This document shows, one piece after another, positions 18,378-27,071 of a stretch of 64,000 nucleotides of DNA; position 1 is the first letter of the stretch, and every line of letters begins with the position of its first letter. The notes under the pieces were generated by a model that saw only the letters and a list, made by a program, of their open reading frames with translations, did not search any database and was not told where the DNA came from. The position numbers and the translations under genes were made by a program. The stretch lies in the NCBI GenBank assembly GCA_903850425.1, contig CAINLR010000048.1, positions 1,364 to 65,363 of the forward strand, in the 5' to 3' direction. The DNA is from an uncultured Verrucomicrobia subdivision 3 bacterium (GTDB taxonomy: Bacteria; Verrucomicrobiota; Verrucomicrobiia; Limisphaerales; UBA11358).

Positions 18378-21300
18378 TTATGGTTTCTCCGGCACCTCGA
18401 TCACATCGCCGTCTTGCAACCACAGTTCGTCGCCGTGTTGGGAAACATCCACGGTGAACACCACCGGTTTCTCCGCGCCTGCAGCCTTGCGCGTGACTTG
18501 CACCCGCGACAAATCCGAGGACGAGCGCAGCACCGACCGCGCTTCGGTTTTGCCGAGCGCCTGGCTCAGGAAACCTTCCTTCCACGAATTCACCTTGAAA
18601 TTCGTGGTTTCGCCCGCCACCACGAGTTGCACGGATTTTTGGAGACAGGACTTGGCGGTTTGATAAGCATTCGTCCCTCCATTGGCTTGCGCCGTGATGG
18701 CTTGCAGTCGTTCGGCAAACGTTGTCCCATGCGGCACGGGCAACAGCTCTTCCATTTCGCGCACCGGATTCGGCACCGCCGCATTCAACGCGTGGACGCT
18801 TTCGGGAATTTCAATCACGTCGCCGAATTGCACCGGCACATCCCGCGCGCAATCCACCACGTTGCTGCTGTTGAGCAGGCTCACTTTGATTTCCTGTTCC
18901 TTGTCGCCAGGTTTCGGGCTGGGCCGCCGGATGATGATCCGTCCGAAATCAGGAAACGGCAAACCGCGCCAGGCTTCCTGCTGGCCTTGTGAAGGAACAT
19001 ACACCGTTGAGACACTGTAAAACCACATCACCGTTTCCAGCAGCGTGAATTGATTCGTCAAATTCGGTCTGCGATCAAAAACCTCCACCGGTTGCGCCAA
19101 TCCCTGGCGCGTGATGCGGATGCGCGTGAAATCCGGCAACTCATCCAGCGCCCCGCTCTGCCGCAGCAAATCGGCGGTGCTGATGGTATTCGTGGTGGTC
19201 GCCGGCGTGGCTTGACCGCCAGGATTAATCTGCCACTGATAGGACAATGCTTGTGGCAATCCTGGCCGTGGTGAAAGGCCCATTCCCGGCCTGCGTCCCG
19301 CCGAGGTGTCGGACGACTTGGCGTAGTCCAGCGGCGTGGTTCCGTTTTTCGTTCGCGCGTTCACATCCGCGCCCGCCTTGACCAGCAGTTCCACCAAGTC
19401 TTGGCGATTCTTCTCCGCCGCCCAATGCAACGCCGTTTTGCCATCCGGGTCGGGCGCATTCACACTGGCCTTGCCTTCGATCAATGCCGCCAGCACTTCC
19501 TTGATTCCCGTATTGGCAACAGCGAGCACCAGCGGGGGATAACCGTTGGCGGTTTTAGTGTCGGGATTGGCGCCGCCGGCGAGCAACGCCTGCACGGTGG
19601 CGGAGCTTGGCTTCTGCACCGCATCCAACAACGCCGTGTTGCCACCGGAATCCGTCGCGTTCGGATCCGCCTTGTGTTTCAACAGCAACGAAACAATTTC
19701 CGCATTGCCCATCACCGCCGCCGACATCAACGGCGAAGAGCGGCTGTCACCAACGGTGACGTTCGGATTGGCTCCGTGTTCCAGCAGCCCAGCCAGCACG
19801 TTCGTATCGGTCAAGGCCTTGAATAACACGGGCTGGCCATCCGTTTGCGAATCGTTCGGGTCGGCCTTGAATTTCAAGAGCAGTTCCACCATCGGCAGCT
19901 GGCCACTCACCACCGCGAGGTGGATGGGCGACTCCGAACCGTGGCCCACCGGGCGGCCGTATGCGCCAAGCGTATAAGGCTGCCAATCATCTTCTCCTTT
20001 CGCGTTGGGATTCGCCCCGGCGAGCAGCAGCAGTTCCGCCGACACGACATCCTTGGCGTGAATGGCCACCAGCAACGGGGCGTCCAGCTTGCCGCCGTTG
20101 GGATCAGCCTTGGCGGCCAGAAACATTTTGACGATATCCGGCAAACCGCTGGCGGCGGCAACGCTGAATGGAGTCCGGCCGTTTTTGTTTTCCAGATTTG
20201 GATTCGCGCCTGCCGCCAACAACACCTGGATGATTTTCACCTGTTTATTCTCCGTGGCGGAAACCAGCGGCGTGTTGCCAAAATCGTCCGGAGCATTCAC
20301 GTCCGCCTTGTTTGCCAGCAAGACTTCGGCGACCGCCCAAAACTTTTTTTCGACCGCCGTGTGCAGCGGCGTTTTTCCAAGCGAACCTATTGAATTTACA
20401 TTTGCGCCCCGGCTCAAGAGCAGTTCGGCCATGGCGCGATTGCCGGCGGTTGCCGCGGAGTTTAGCGGTGGAATCCCGCCGGCGTTCACGTCCGCGCCAT
20501 GATCCAGCAAGAAGGCCGCAACTTTTAGCCAGCCATTGTAAGCTGCTTTGTTCAGCGGCGTGTTACCGCCTTCGCCGGGCGCGTTGATCAAGTCCGGGCT
20601 GTTCTGAATCATCGTTTGAATGCGGGCGATTTCCTGATCTTCAGTGTCCGACACTGAAACAATCGACGGGTGGATTTGCGCTTGTTGTTCCACCGATTTG
20701 GTGGCCGGGCGTTGCTTGGCCACTCGCTCTCTCAAAGCTTTTGCCCGCTCTTGAAGTTGGCTTTGGATATTCTCGGCGCGAAGTCCGAGCAGAGCTGCAG
20801 TTCGGCTGCCCTCAAGCCTTTTGTTATCAGCCCGGTCATCGCCAGAGCTTTCAATCATGCGGAGCTGCTCGTTGATTCGTTCAAACTCGGCATCCGGCAC
20901 CAGCGTGGGGATCAGTCGCCGGAGCTGCGATAAATCCCAGCCCCGCAGTTGCGCGATGATCTTTTCCGTGCGCTCCAACTCCAACGCATCTGGCGAAGGC
21001 GTGACGGCGACCGGCGATTGCCCCGCTGACATAGGAGACGGCACCGCTATTGCGCCCATGCCCGCGAGATTTTGCCGGCTTAATGCAGCCAGCGTCGTTT
21101 GATCGGAATAATCTCGGAGGATGCGCTGGTATTGCGCGGCGGCTTCGTTCGTCTTGCCCTGCGCGCGGTAACATTCGCCCAGCCGGAAAATCGCCGTGGC
21201 CGCAAGCTGCCGGTCCTTGTCAAACTGCTTCGCCAGCGCCGCGTAATCCTCGATGGCCGCGTCGAGATTGCGATTGGCCTGCTCCTCGAACAAGCCTTGC

Positions 21301-21461
21301 TGCAACAGCGCGGTGAGATCATTGGTGGCGGCACGACCGGCGGCGGGAATCAACGCCAAGGCGCACAGGAGCAAAGACGCAAAGAAAAAGGAAATACAGT
21401 GGCGCGGTGTCGCGGCGTTGCGCCGGTCAGTCGTCAGTTCAGTTTTCATGGTCGTCATCAT
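18378..21461 (-). CDS. Exported TPR + ankyrin-repeat protein with C-terminal SLBB-like domains
   Basis: Signal peptide, TPR-like AIFRLGECYRAQGK..AAAQY, more than 10 ankyrin repeats (G.TPLH.A..GADVN), DLSRVQVTRK..LQDGDVIEVPEK; start uncertain (21449-21461). Confidence 0.85.
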   Translation of the reverse strand: MMTTMKTELTTDRRNAATPRHCISFFFASLLLCALALIPAAGRAATNDLTALLQQGLFEEQANRNLDAAIEDYAALAKQFDKDRQLAATAIFRLGECYRAQGKTNEAAAQYQRILRDYSDQTTLAALSRQNLAGMGAIAVPSPMSAGQSPVAVTPSPDALELERTEKIIAQLRGWDLSQLRRLIPTLVPDAEFERINEQLRMIESSGDDRADNKRLEGSRTAALLGLRAENIQSQLQERAKALRERVAKQRPATKSVEQQAQIHPSIVSVSDTEDQEIARIQTMIQNSPDLINAPGEGGNTPLNKAAYNGWLKVAAFLLDHGADVNAGGIPPLNSAATAGNRAMAELLLSRGANVNSIGSLGKTPLHTAVEKKFWAVAEVLLANKADVNAPDDFGNTPLVSATENKQVKIIQVLLAAGANPNLENKNGRTPFSVAAASGLPDIVKMFLAAKADPNGGKLDAPLLVAIHAKDVVSAELLLLAGANPNAKGEDDWQPYTLGAYGRPVGHGSESPIHLAVVSGQLPMVELLLKFKADPNDSQTDGQPVLFKALTDTNVLAGLLEHGANPNVTVGDSRSSPLMSAAVMGNAEIVSLLLKHKADPNATDSGGNTALLDAVQKPSSATVQALLAGGANPDTKTANGYPPLVLAVANTGIKEVLAALIEGKASVNAPDPDGKTALHWAAEKNRQDLVELLVKAGADVNARTKNGTTPLDYAKSSDTSAGRRPGMGLSPRPGLPQALSYQWQINPGGQATPATTTNTISTADLLRQSGALDELPDFTRIRITRQGLAQPVEVFDRRPNLTNQFTLLETVMWFYSVSTVYVPSQGQQEAWRGLPFPDFGRIIIRRPSPKPGDKEQEIKVSLLNSSNVVDCARDVPVQFGDVIEIPESVHALNAAVPNPVREMEELLPVPHGTTFAERLQAITAQANGGTNAYQTAKSCLQKSVQLVVAGETTNFKVNSWKEGFLSQALGKTEARSVLRSSSDLSRVQVTRKAAGAEKPVVFTVDVSQHGDELWLQDGDVIEVPEKP

Positions 21462-21481
21462 GGCTTGGTTCAAAGTTTCAG

Positions 21482-21501
21482 TTGTCACGCTTTTGCAAAA
21501 T
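21482..21501 (-). promoter_or_regulatory. Candidate response-regulator box upstream of the ankyrin gene
   Basis: TTGTCACGCTTTTGCAAAAT, 19/20 identical to 25221..25240. Confidence 0.6.
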
Positions 21502-21506
21502 TCTTG

Positions 21507-21613
21507 ACCCCGGATGGACACGGATAAACACCGATTCAGAACTCCTGCAATCGAGAGCGAAAAATCGGCGGCGCTTCGGTTCTATCCGTGTCCATCTGCG
21601 CCCATCCGTGGTT
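21507..21613. repeat. Nonamer inverted-repeat element
   Basis: ccggatggacacggataaacaccgat ... atccgtgtccatctgcgcccatccgtggtt. Confidence 0.88.
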
Positions 21614-22293
21614 CATAATTCGAGTTTGTAGCCCACGCCATGCACGGTCTTGAGCCAGCGCGGGGCGTCGGGATTTTTCTCCAGTTTGGCGCGCAGGCTG
21701 GCGATGTGATTATCCACCGTGCGCGTGGTCGGAAACGCCGTGTAGCCCCACACCACGTCCAGAAATTTTTCGCGCGACACCGGCTCGCCCTCGGCTCCGG
21801 CCAGCAATCGCAGCATGGAAATTTCTTTCGCCGTCAGATGCACCGGCTTCTTTCCGCGCACGGCCGTCTGTCGTGCCAGATCAATCTCCACCTCGCCCAG
21901 CTTCAATTTCGTCGCCGACAGGGTGTTCCGTTCCACGCGCCGCAGCAGGGCGCGCACGCGGGCGAGCAGTTCCTCGGTGCTGAACGGCTTGACGAGATAA
22001 TCATCCGCGCCGGCATCCAGGCCGACCACGCGGTCTTCGATCTGGCCCTTCGCCGTGAGCATCAGCACCGGCACCACCATGGCCAGACGGCGCAATTCCG
22101 CACACACTTGGAAGCCGTCCAGTTTGGGCATCATGACATCCAGCAGAATGAGGTCGGGCTTCTCGGCCAGCGCGCGGGCGAGACCGCTCTCACCATCGGC
22201 GGCGGTGAGCGCGCGATAGCCTTCCGCCGCCAGCAAATCCGCCAGCGCCGTGCGCATCGGCGTTTCATCTTCGATGATCAGAATGCGTTCCAT
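21613..22293 (-). CDS. OmpR/PhoB-family response regulator
   Basis: IIEDE, LLDVMMP (phospho-Asp), LTAK, DDYLVKPF, RTVDNHI..LR.K, TVHGVGY. Confidence 0.95.
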   Translation of the reverse strand: MERILIIEDETPMRTALADLLAAEGYRALTAADGESGLARALAEKPDLILLDVMMPKLDGFQVCAELRRLAMVVPVLMLTAKGQIEDRVVGLDAGADDYLVKPFSTEELLARVRALLRRVERNTLSATKLKLGEVEIDLARQTAVRGKKPVHLTAKEISMLRLLAGAEGEPVSREKFLDVVWGYTAFPTTRTVDNHIASLRAKLEKNPDAPRWLKTVHGVGYKLEL

Positions 22294-22302
22294 AAATAAT
22301 TC

Positions 22303-22483
22303 AACCACGGATGGACACGGATAAACACGGATGAAAAAGGGGCGCGGGCTTCAGCCCGCTTCGACTTGTGCTGACACTGATGTTTGCAGGAAACTGCGGG
22401 CCAAAGTGCGAGGAAGCGGAATTAATTCCGCGCTCCAGTTGCCGGTGTTTTGAATCCGTGTTCATCCGTGTTTATCCGTGGTT
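22303..22483. repeat. Nonamer inverted-repeat element enclosing a REP-like palindrome pair
   Basis: aaccacggatggacacggataaacacggat ... atccgtgttcatccgtgtttatccgtggtt; inside: gcgcgggcttcagcccgcttc / gaagcggaattaattccgcgc. Confidence 0.9.
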
Positions 22484-24978
22484 AAAATTTTCTGCGGCAA
22501 TTCAATCGTGAACCGGCTGCCTTTGCCCGGTTCGCTCTCCACCCGCACGCGACCGCCGTGGGCTTCGGCGATATGCTTGACGATGCTCAAGCCAATGCCA
22601 ACTCCTTGCGTTTCGCGGCGCAGATCCGAGCCCAGCCGATAAAACCGTTCAAAAATCTTCTCGTGCTCCGCCACCGGAATGCCCGGGCCGTGGTCGGCAA
22701 CGAAGAGGCGGCGGGTTGCTGCGTCGCCGCCATTTTGAATTTTTAATTTTTCATTTGTTTTTTCCATCCCCACCGCCACCGCTTGGCCTTTCGCCGAATG
22801 TTTGATGGCGTTGTCAATCAGGTTCACCAGCGCCTGCTGGAGCGCGCGCCCATCCACGTCCATTTCGGTGTTGGGCGTTGAAGGTTGAAGGTTGCAGGTT
22901 TCCAGTTTCACTCCTTTCTCAGCCGCGTAGGGTTCCATGAGTTTCACGGTGGTCTCCACCAGGGCGACGAGATCCGTCGGCTCGAATTCATATTGTTTGC
23001 GGCCTTGTTCGATGCGCGAGAAATCGAGCACGTTCTCAATCAGCGCCGACAGCCGCCGACATTCCTGCACAATGAAATGAAAGTATTCGCCCTGCTTTCC
23101 CGTCTCGGCAATTTTCCCGCGCTCCAGATTTTCCGCCATCAGCCGCACCGACGCGATGGGCGCACGCAATTCGTGCGAGACGCTGGAGACGAAGTTGGAT
23201 TTCATTTCGTTCAGTTGGAGTTGCCGGCGAAAGGCCCGGTGGGCGGTGATCAAGCCAAATAGCGCCGCCAACGCGGACAGCACGATCAGCGTGCCGAACA
23301 GCAGTGTGCGCTGGCTTTGGCGCGCGTAGAGAATTTCGGAACTGGCCAAGGAAATGCGGATATGAAACGGATAAGTGCGCTCGTTGAGCGGCAGGTTTTT
23401 CCACACTCCACCCGCCTGGCCCAGCACTGGCAAATTGCGGTTTGTGGTCGCGCCTACTGGTCCGGGCGATAGGGCAATTTGCTTTCCAGCCATGTCAAAT
23501 TCCACCAGCGCGTAAGGCGGCAGGGAAATTTCCGATTTGCGCACCGCCGCGGCGAGCGCCTTTTCCACCACGGCCTGCGGGAACAGCAGATAGTTGTAAT
23601 ACGCGGCCATCGGCGGAGTGGAATTGGTCGGAGTCTTCCGGCGATCACCGAGCAAAAGCAAAAACTTGCCGAGGCGGGAATCCACCCAGAACGGCCCGGC
23701 ATTCCAAGTATTCGTCGGATATTGTTCCCGAAAATCTTCCCAGACTTGGCGGGCGGCGGCGTTCGCATTCCACCAGGCTCTTAATGTCGCGGCGTAGGGT
23801 TCCTGCGAAGTTCCCCGCAAGACGCGTTCCGTTTCGGCGATGAGCATCGGCGAAAAAACTGAGGCGCGATATTGAATCATCCAGGCGATGGTATGGTAGC
23901 GGATAAAACTCTCCGGCAAGCCCGCGCCCTCCGGCAACCGGCGCAAGGCTTGATAACAAATCAATTGTCCCACCGGCAGTCCGGCTTCAGTCGGTTCGCT
24001 TGAATAACCCCATAGTGATCTGGACGCTTCGGCCATGGGTGCGGCGGCCTCGCTGGGAGCCATTCCGTGAGTTCTCGCCAGCAGCAAAAGATATTCCGCA
24101 TTCGCCCGCGCGCCTTGGGGCGGTTTTGAGGCGATGAATTTTTGCAGGGTCATTTGCGCGGCGGAAAAATCTTGGGCGGCGAATTCCGCTGCTTTCGCTG
24201 CCTGCCAAAGCTGCCGCTGTTCCGAAGTTAATTGCCCCAACCAATCGGGCGGTTGGGGCGGCATTTTTTCCGCTCGCTCAACCAGATAACCCTCGGCATC
24301 CGTCGGCGGCAGCGGGAGCACATCAATGTCGGGATTAGTTTGCTGCCAGATTTTCAGGCGCTGCCAGGCTTCGTCCTGGGACTTTTTGCCGCCTTGCCAT
24401 TCCATCACGCCTAGATCGGTTGACCGGTTGGAACGAAGTTCCTCGCTGACATTGCGATAAGCGCGCAACTGCTCCACGCCTTCCGCGCCGATGGCCAGCG
24501 TGAGCCGTTGCGCGAGCATTTCACAGGACTCACGCGCCTCCTGTTCCGCAAGCAGCCGGTCCTGCCGCAGCGAATACAAACCGAACCACGCCAGCCCCGC
24601 CACCGGCAGCAAAATCAAAACCGCCTGCCAGAAAAAAGCCGGCGGCGGACGTTTCGGATTTTTCGCCGCGAAGCCGGGTTCCGCGCGCATTTTTCTCCGC
24701 GCCGGAAGCAATTGGAAAAGGAAGATGCCAAAGCACAACGCCAAGCAGCCTGCTGATAAAAATTGATTGAACCGGGGCGCATCATGTCGCTGAAACCCGG
24801 CAACCACCATCAGCCCAAGGACAATGCCATAAAGGATGCACGCGGTGCGTAACCTGACGTAACGCGCCCGGCAGTCGGCGTTGCCCTGCGCCCGCCGCCG
24901 GCCATAGAACAGCGCCGCGCCGAACACCAGCAGCATCCACAGCAAGGCCTGCAACCAGAGGTAAGTTCCGTCAGTCAT
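22462..24978 (-). CDS. Membrane sensor histidine kinase
   Basis: SVSHELRAP (H box), NLIDNAIKHS (N box), DHGPGI, FERFYR, GVGIGLSIV; large periplasmic region. Confidence 0.93.
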   Translation of the reverse strand: MTDGTYLWLQALLWMLLVFGAALFYGRRRAQGNADCRARYVRLRTACILYGIVLGLMVVAGFQRHDAPRFNQFLSAGCLALCFGIFLFQLLPARRKMRAEPGFAAKNPKRPPPAFFWQAVLILLPVAGLAWFGLYSLRQDRLLAEQEARESCEMLAQRLTLAIGAEGVEQLRAYRNVSEELRSNRSTDLGVMEWQGGKKSQDEAWQRLKIWQQTNPDIDVLPLPPTDAEGYLVERAEKMPPQPPDWLGQLTSEQRQLWQAAKAAEFAAQDFSAAQMTLQKFIASKPPQGARANAEYLLLLARTHGMAPSEAAAPMAEASRSLWGYSSEPTEAGLPVGQLICYQALRRLPEGAGLPESFIRYHTIAWMIQYRASVFSPMLIAETERVLRGTSQEPYAATLRAWWNANAAARQVWEDFREQYPTNTWNAGPFWVDSRLGKFLLLLGDRRKTPTNSTPPMAAYYNYLLFPQAVVEKALAAAVRKSEISLPPYALVEFDMAGKQIALSPGPVGATTNRNLPVLGQAGGVWKNLPLNERTYPFHIRISLASSEILYARQSQRTLLFGTLIVLSALAALFGLITAHRAFRRQLQLNEMKSNFVSSVSHELRAPIASVRLMAENLERGKIAETGKQGEYFHFIVQECRRLSALIENVLDFSRIEQGRKQYEFEPTDLVALVETTVKLMEPYAAEKGVKLETCNLQPSTPNTEMDVDGRALQQALVNLIDNAIKHSAKGQAVAVGMEKTNEKLKIQNGGDAATRRLFVADHGPGIPVAEHEKIFERFYRLGSDLRRETQGVGIGLSIVKHIAEAHGGRVRVESEPGKGSRFTIELPQKILTTDKHG

Positions 24979-25055
24979 TGGTAATGAAAACCGTTAGCAC
25001 AGCCGTTCAAACCGACATGACATGCTCCGGTTCACGCACTCAGCTCACCGGGGAA

Positions 25056-25155
25056 AAAGCTCCAGAGGACTGGAGCCCTCGAGGAAGCTCCGCGCGGTTC
25101 GGGCTCCGCGCGCCCCGCGCCAGCGTCTTGGACTGCGGTATCCGCTACCGCTTTT
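25056..25155. repeat. REP-like palindromic element, same family as 38857..38953
   Basis: aaagctccagaggactggagc ... agcgtcttggactgcgg. Confidence 0.65.
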
Positions 25156-25220
25156 CCACACGCTCCAGTATTCAGGCATCAATGTCATTTCCGAAAGATT
25201 GCCTTGGCGGCACGGTTTAT

Positions 25221-25240
25221 TTGTCACGGTTTTGCAAAAT
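25221..25240 (-). promoter_or_regulatory. Candidate response-regulator box upstream of the kinase-regulator operon
   Basis: TTGTCACGGTTTTGCAAAAT. Confidence 0.55.
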
Positions 25241-25244
25241 CGTT

Positions 25245-25377
25245 TCCAAGCTTCAAGCGGCAAAAGCTCCAAGCTCCAGAGAAATTCCATACTTCAAGCA
25301 CCAAACATTTTACGCACGCACATTGGAGCTTGAGGCTTGGTGTTTCGCTGGCGGTGGGAGGCGGGGGCTTGGAGCTT
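25245..25377. repeat. Heptamer (AAGCTCC-type) inverted-repeat element
   Basis: aagctccaagctccagagaaattccatacttcaagcacc ... ttggagcttgaggcttggtg..ggcttggagctt; sibling at 38104. Confidence 0.8.
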
Positions 25378-25392
25378 CATCTCCTGCGCGCT

Positions 25393-26751
25393 TCACCCAA
25401 ACACCGCCCGGCACACGATTACCGCCACGACCACGCTGGTGAAATCCGCCGTCAATCCCGCCAGCAGCGCGTGCCGCGTGCGCTTCACCGCGACCGAGCC
25501 GAAATAAACCGCCAGCACATAAAACGTCGTTTCCGTGCTGCCGTAGATGGTTCCCGCCGTGCGCGCGATTAGGCTGTCCGCGCCGAATTGCTGCACCAGT
25601 TCCGTGAAAAACCCGAGCGAGCCGCTGCCGCTCAACGGCCGCACCAAAACCATCGGCAGCAAATCGGTCGGGAAGCCGACGAGGTTCAGCACTGGCGACA
25701 GCACCTGGCTCAGCATTGCGATCCCGCCGGCGGCACGGAACATCCCGACCGCGACCAGCATCGCCACGAGATACGGAATGATGCGGATGGCCACATCAAA
25801 GCCTTCCTTCGCGCCGTCCACAAATTCCTCATAGACCTTCACGCGCCGCAGCGTGGCGAACAGCGGAATGGCCGAGAGCAGAAACGGAATGGCCAGCAGC
25901 GACACCGCGCCAACGCTGCGGATGAACAAACTTTTCCCCGCCAGATCCTCGGCCATCGGCCGGCCGAAGATTTCCGGAAACACCATCCGCAAAAACAGAA
26001 ACGCAAAGAACAGCAGGAACGCGGCGAAGATCAGCGCGCCCCACCATTGCAGCGGTTGCAGCGTCGCGGCTTCTTTCACGGCGGGCTTGTTAGCTTCGCT
26101 CGTGGCAGCCGACGCAGGAAGGCTTTGATCATTTTCCGCTTTCCGCTTTTCGCTTTCCGCCTTTTGCCGAAACATCGGCAGCTTCTCCAAAAATTTCGCC
26201 ATCAGCACGCCGGCCACCGCCGCGCACGCCGTGCAGATGATGGATGTGCCGACGATGGCCGTGGGATTCGTGGATTTGTTCGCCGCAAGAATGGCGATGG
26301 CCGTGACCGGAATGAGCTGGATGCCGCTGGTGTTGATGGCGAGAAAGGTGCACATCGCGTTGGTGGCGGTGCCGGGAGTTTTGTTCAGCGATTCCAAATC
26401 TTTCATCGCGCGCAGGCCGAGCGGTGTGGCGGCGTTGCCGAGGCCGAGCATGTTCGCGGCAATGTTCATCAGCATGGAACCCATCGCGGGATGTTCCGGC
26501 GGGACTTCTGGAAAAATCCGGCGCATGAGCGGACGCAACGCCCGCGCGAGCAACGCCACGAGTCCGGCGCGTTCCGCCAGCCGCATGATGCCCAGCCACA
26601 AAGCCATCACGCCGATGAGCGCAATGGCAATGCCGACCACGGCGGTGTTGGCCATCTCCAGCGCCTTGTCGGCGACTTCCTTGAGCTGGCCGTTCCAGCC
26701 GCCGATCAGCACGGCGCACAACATCAGCCCCAGCCAGATGTAATTCAGCAT
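25393..26751 (-). CDS. spmAB: SpmA-SpmB fusion (nucleoside recognition/Gate domain membrane protein)
   Basis: NIAANMLGLGNAATPLGL, AMCTFLAINTS, YEEFVDGAKEGF, RPLSGSGS, GSTETTFY. Confidence 0.9.
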   Translation of the reverse strand: MLNYIWLGLMLCAVLIGGWNGQLKEVADKALEMANTAVVGIAIALIGVMALWLGIMRLAERAGLVALLARALRPLMRRIFPEVPPEHPAMGSMLMNIAANMLGLGNAATPLGLRAMKDLESLNKTPGTATNAMCTFLAINTSGIQLIPVTAIAILAANKSTNPTAIVGTSIICTACAAVAGVLMAKFLEKLPMFRQKAESEKRKAENDQSLPASAATSEANKPAVKEAATLQPLQWWGALIFAAFLLFFAFLFLRMVFPEIFGRPMAEDLAGKSLFIRSVGAVSLLAIPFLLSAIPLFATLRRVKVYEEFVDGAKEGFDVAIRIIPYLVAMLVAVGMFRAAGGIAMLSQVLSPVLNLVGFPTDLLPMVLVRPLSGSGSLGFFTELVQQFGADSLIARTAGTIYGSTETTFYVLAVYFGSVAVKRTRHALLAGLTADFTSVVVAVIVCRAVFG

Positions 26752-26836
26752 GGGGGAAACGCTACAAAGTGTTTCCGCCAATGGCGAAATGAATCTGCTG
26801 GCCGCCGGGCTGGTTTCCAAACCGACGAGGAGGTTA

Positions 26837-26992
26837 AACCACGGATGGACACCGATGGACACGGATTACGGACAAGGCACGGAGCGCGGCTCGGTGAGCC
26901 GCAGCAGCACGGCGCTGGTTCAAACTTTGGCATTGCTGCGGGTCACAGACCCGCGCTTCGTCATCCGTGTTAATCCGCGTCCATCCGTGGTT
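26837..26992. repeat. Nonamer inverted-repeat element enclosing a second palindromic repeat
   Basis: aaccacggatggacaccgatggacacggat ... atccgtgttaatccgcgtccatccgtggtt; inside: agcgcggctcggtgagccgcagca / tgctgcgggtcacagacccgcgct. Confidence 0.9.
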
Positions 26993-27071
26993 CAGGCTCC
27001 TTCCATCGGAAGCGTTGTGGCAATTCAAATGAGTCCCGCTTCAAACCACACCCTGACAACTCAACCCTGCC

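Noticed and set aside
19300-20600. Internal repeats of the ankyrin gene as a DNA repeat element
   Set aside because: They are protein-level 33-aa ankyrin repeats with diverged codons.
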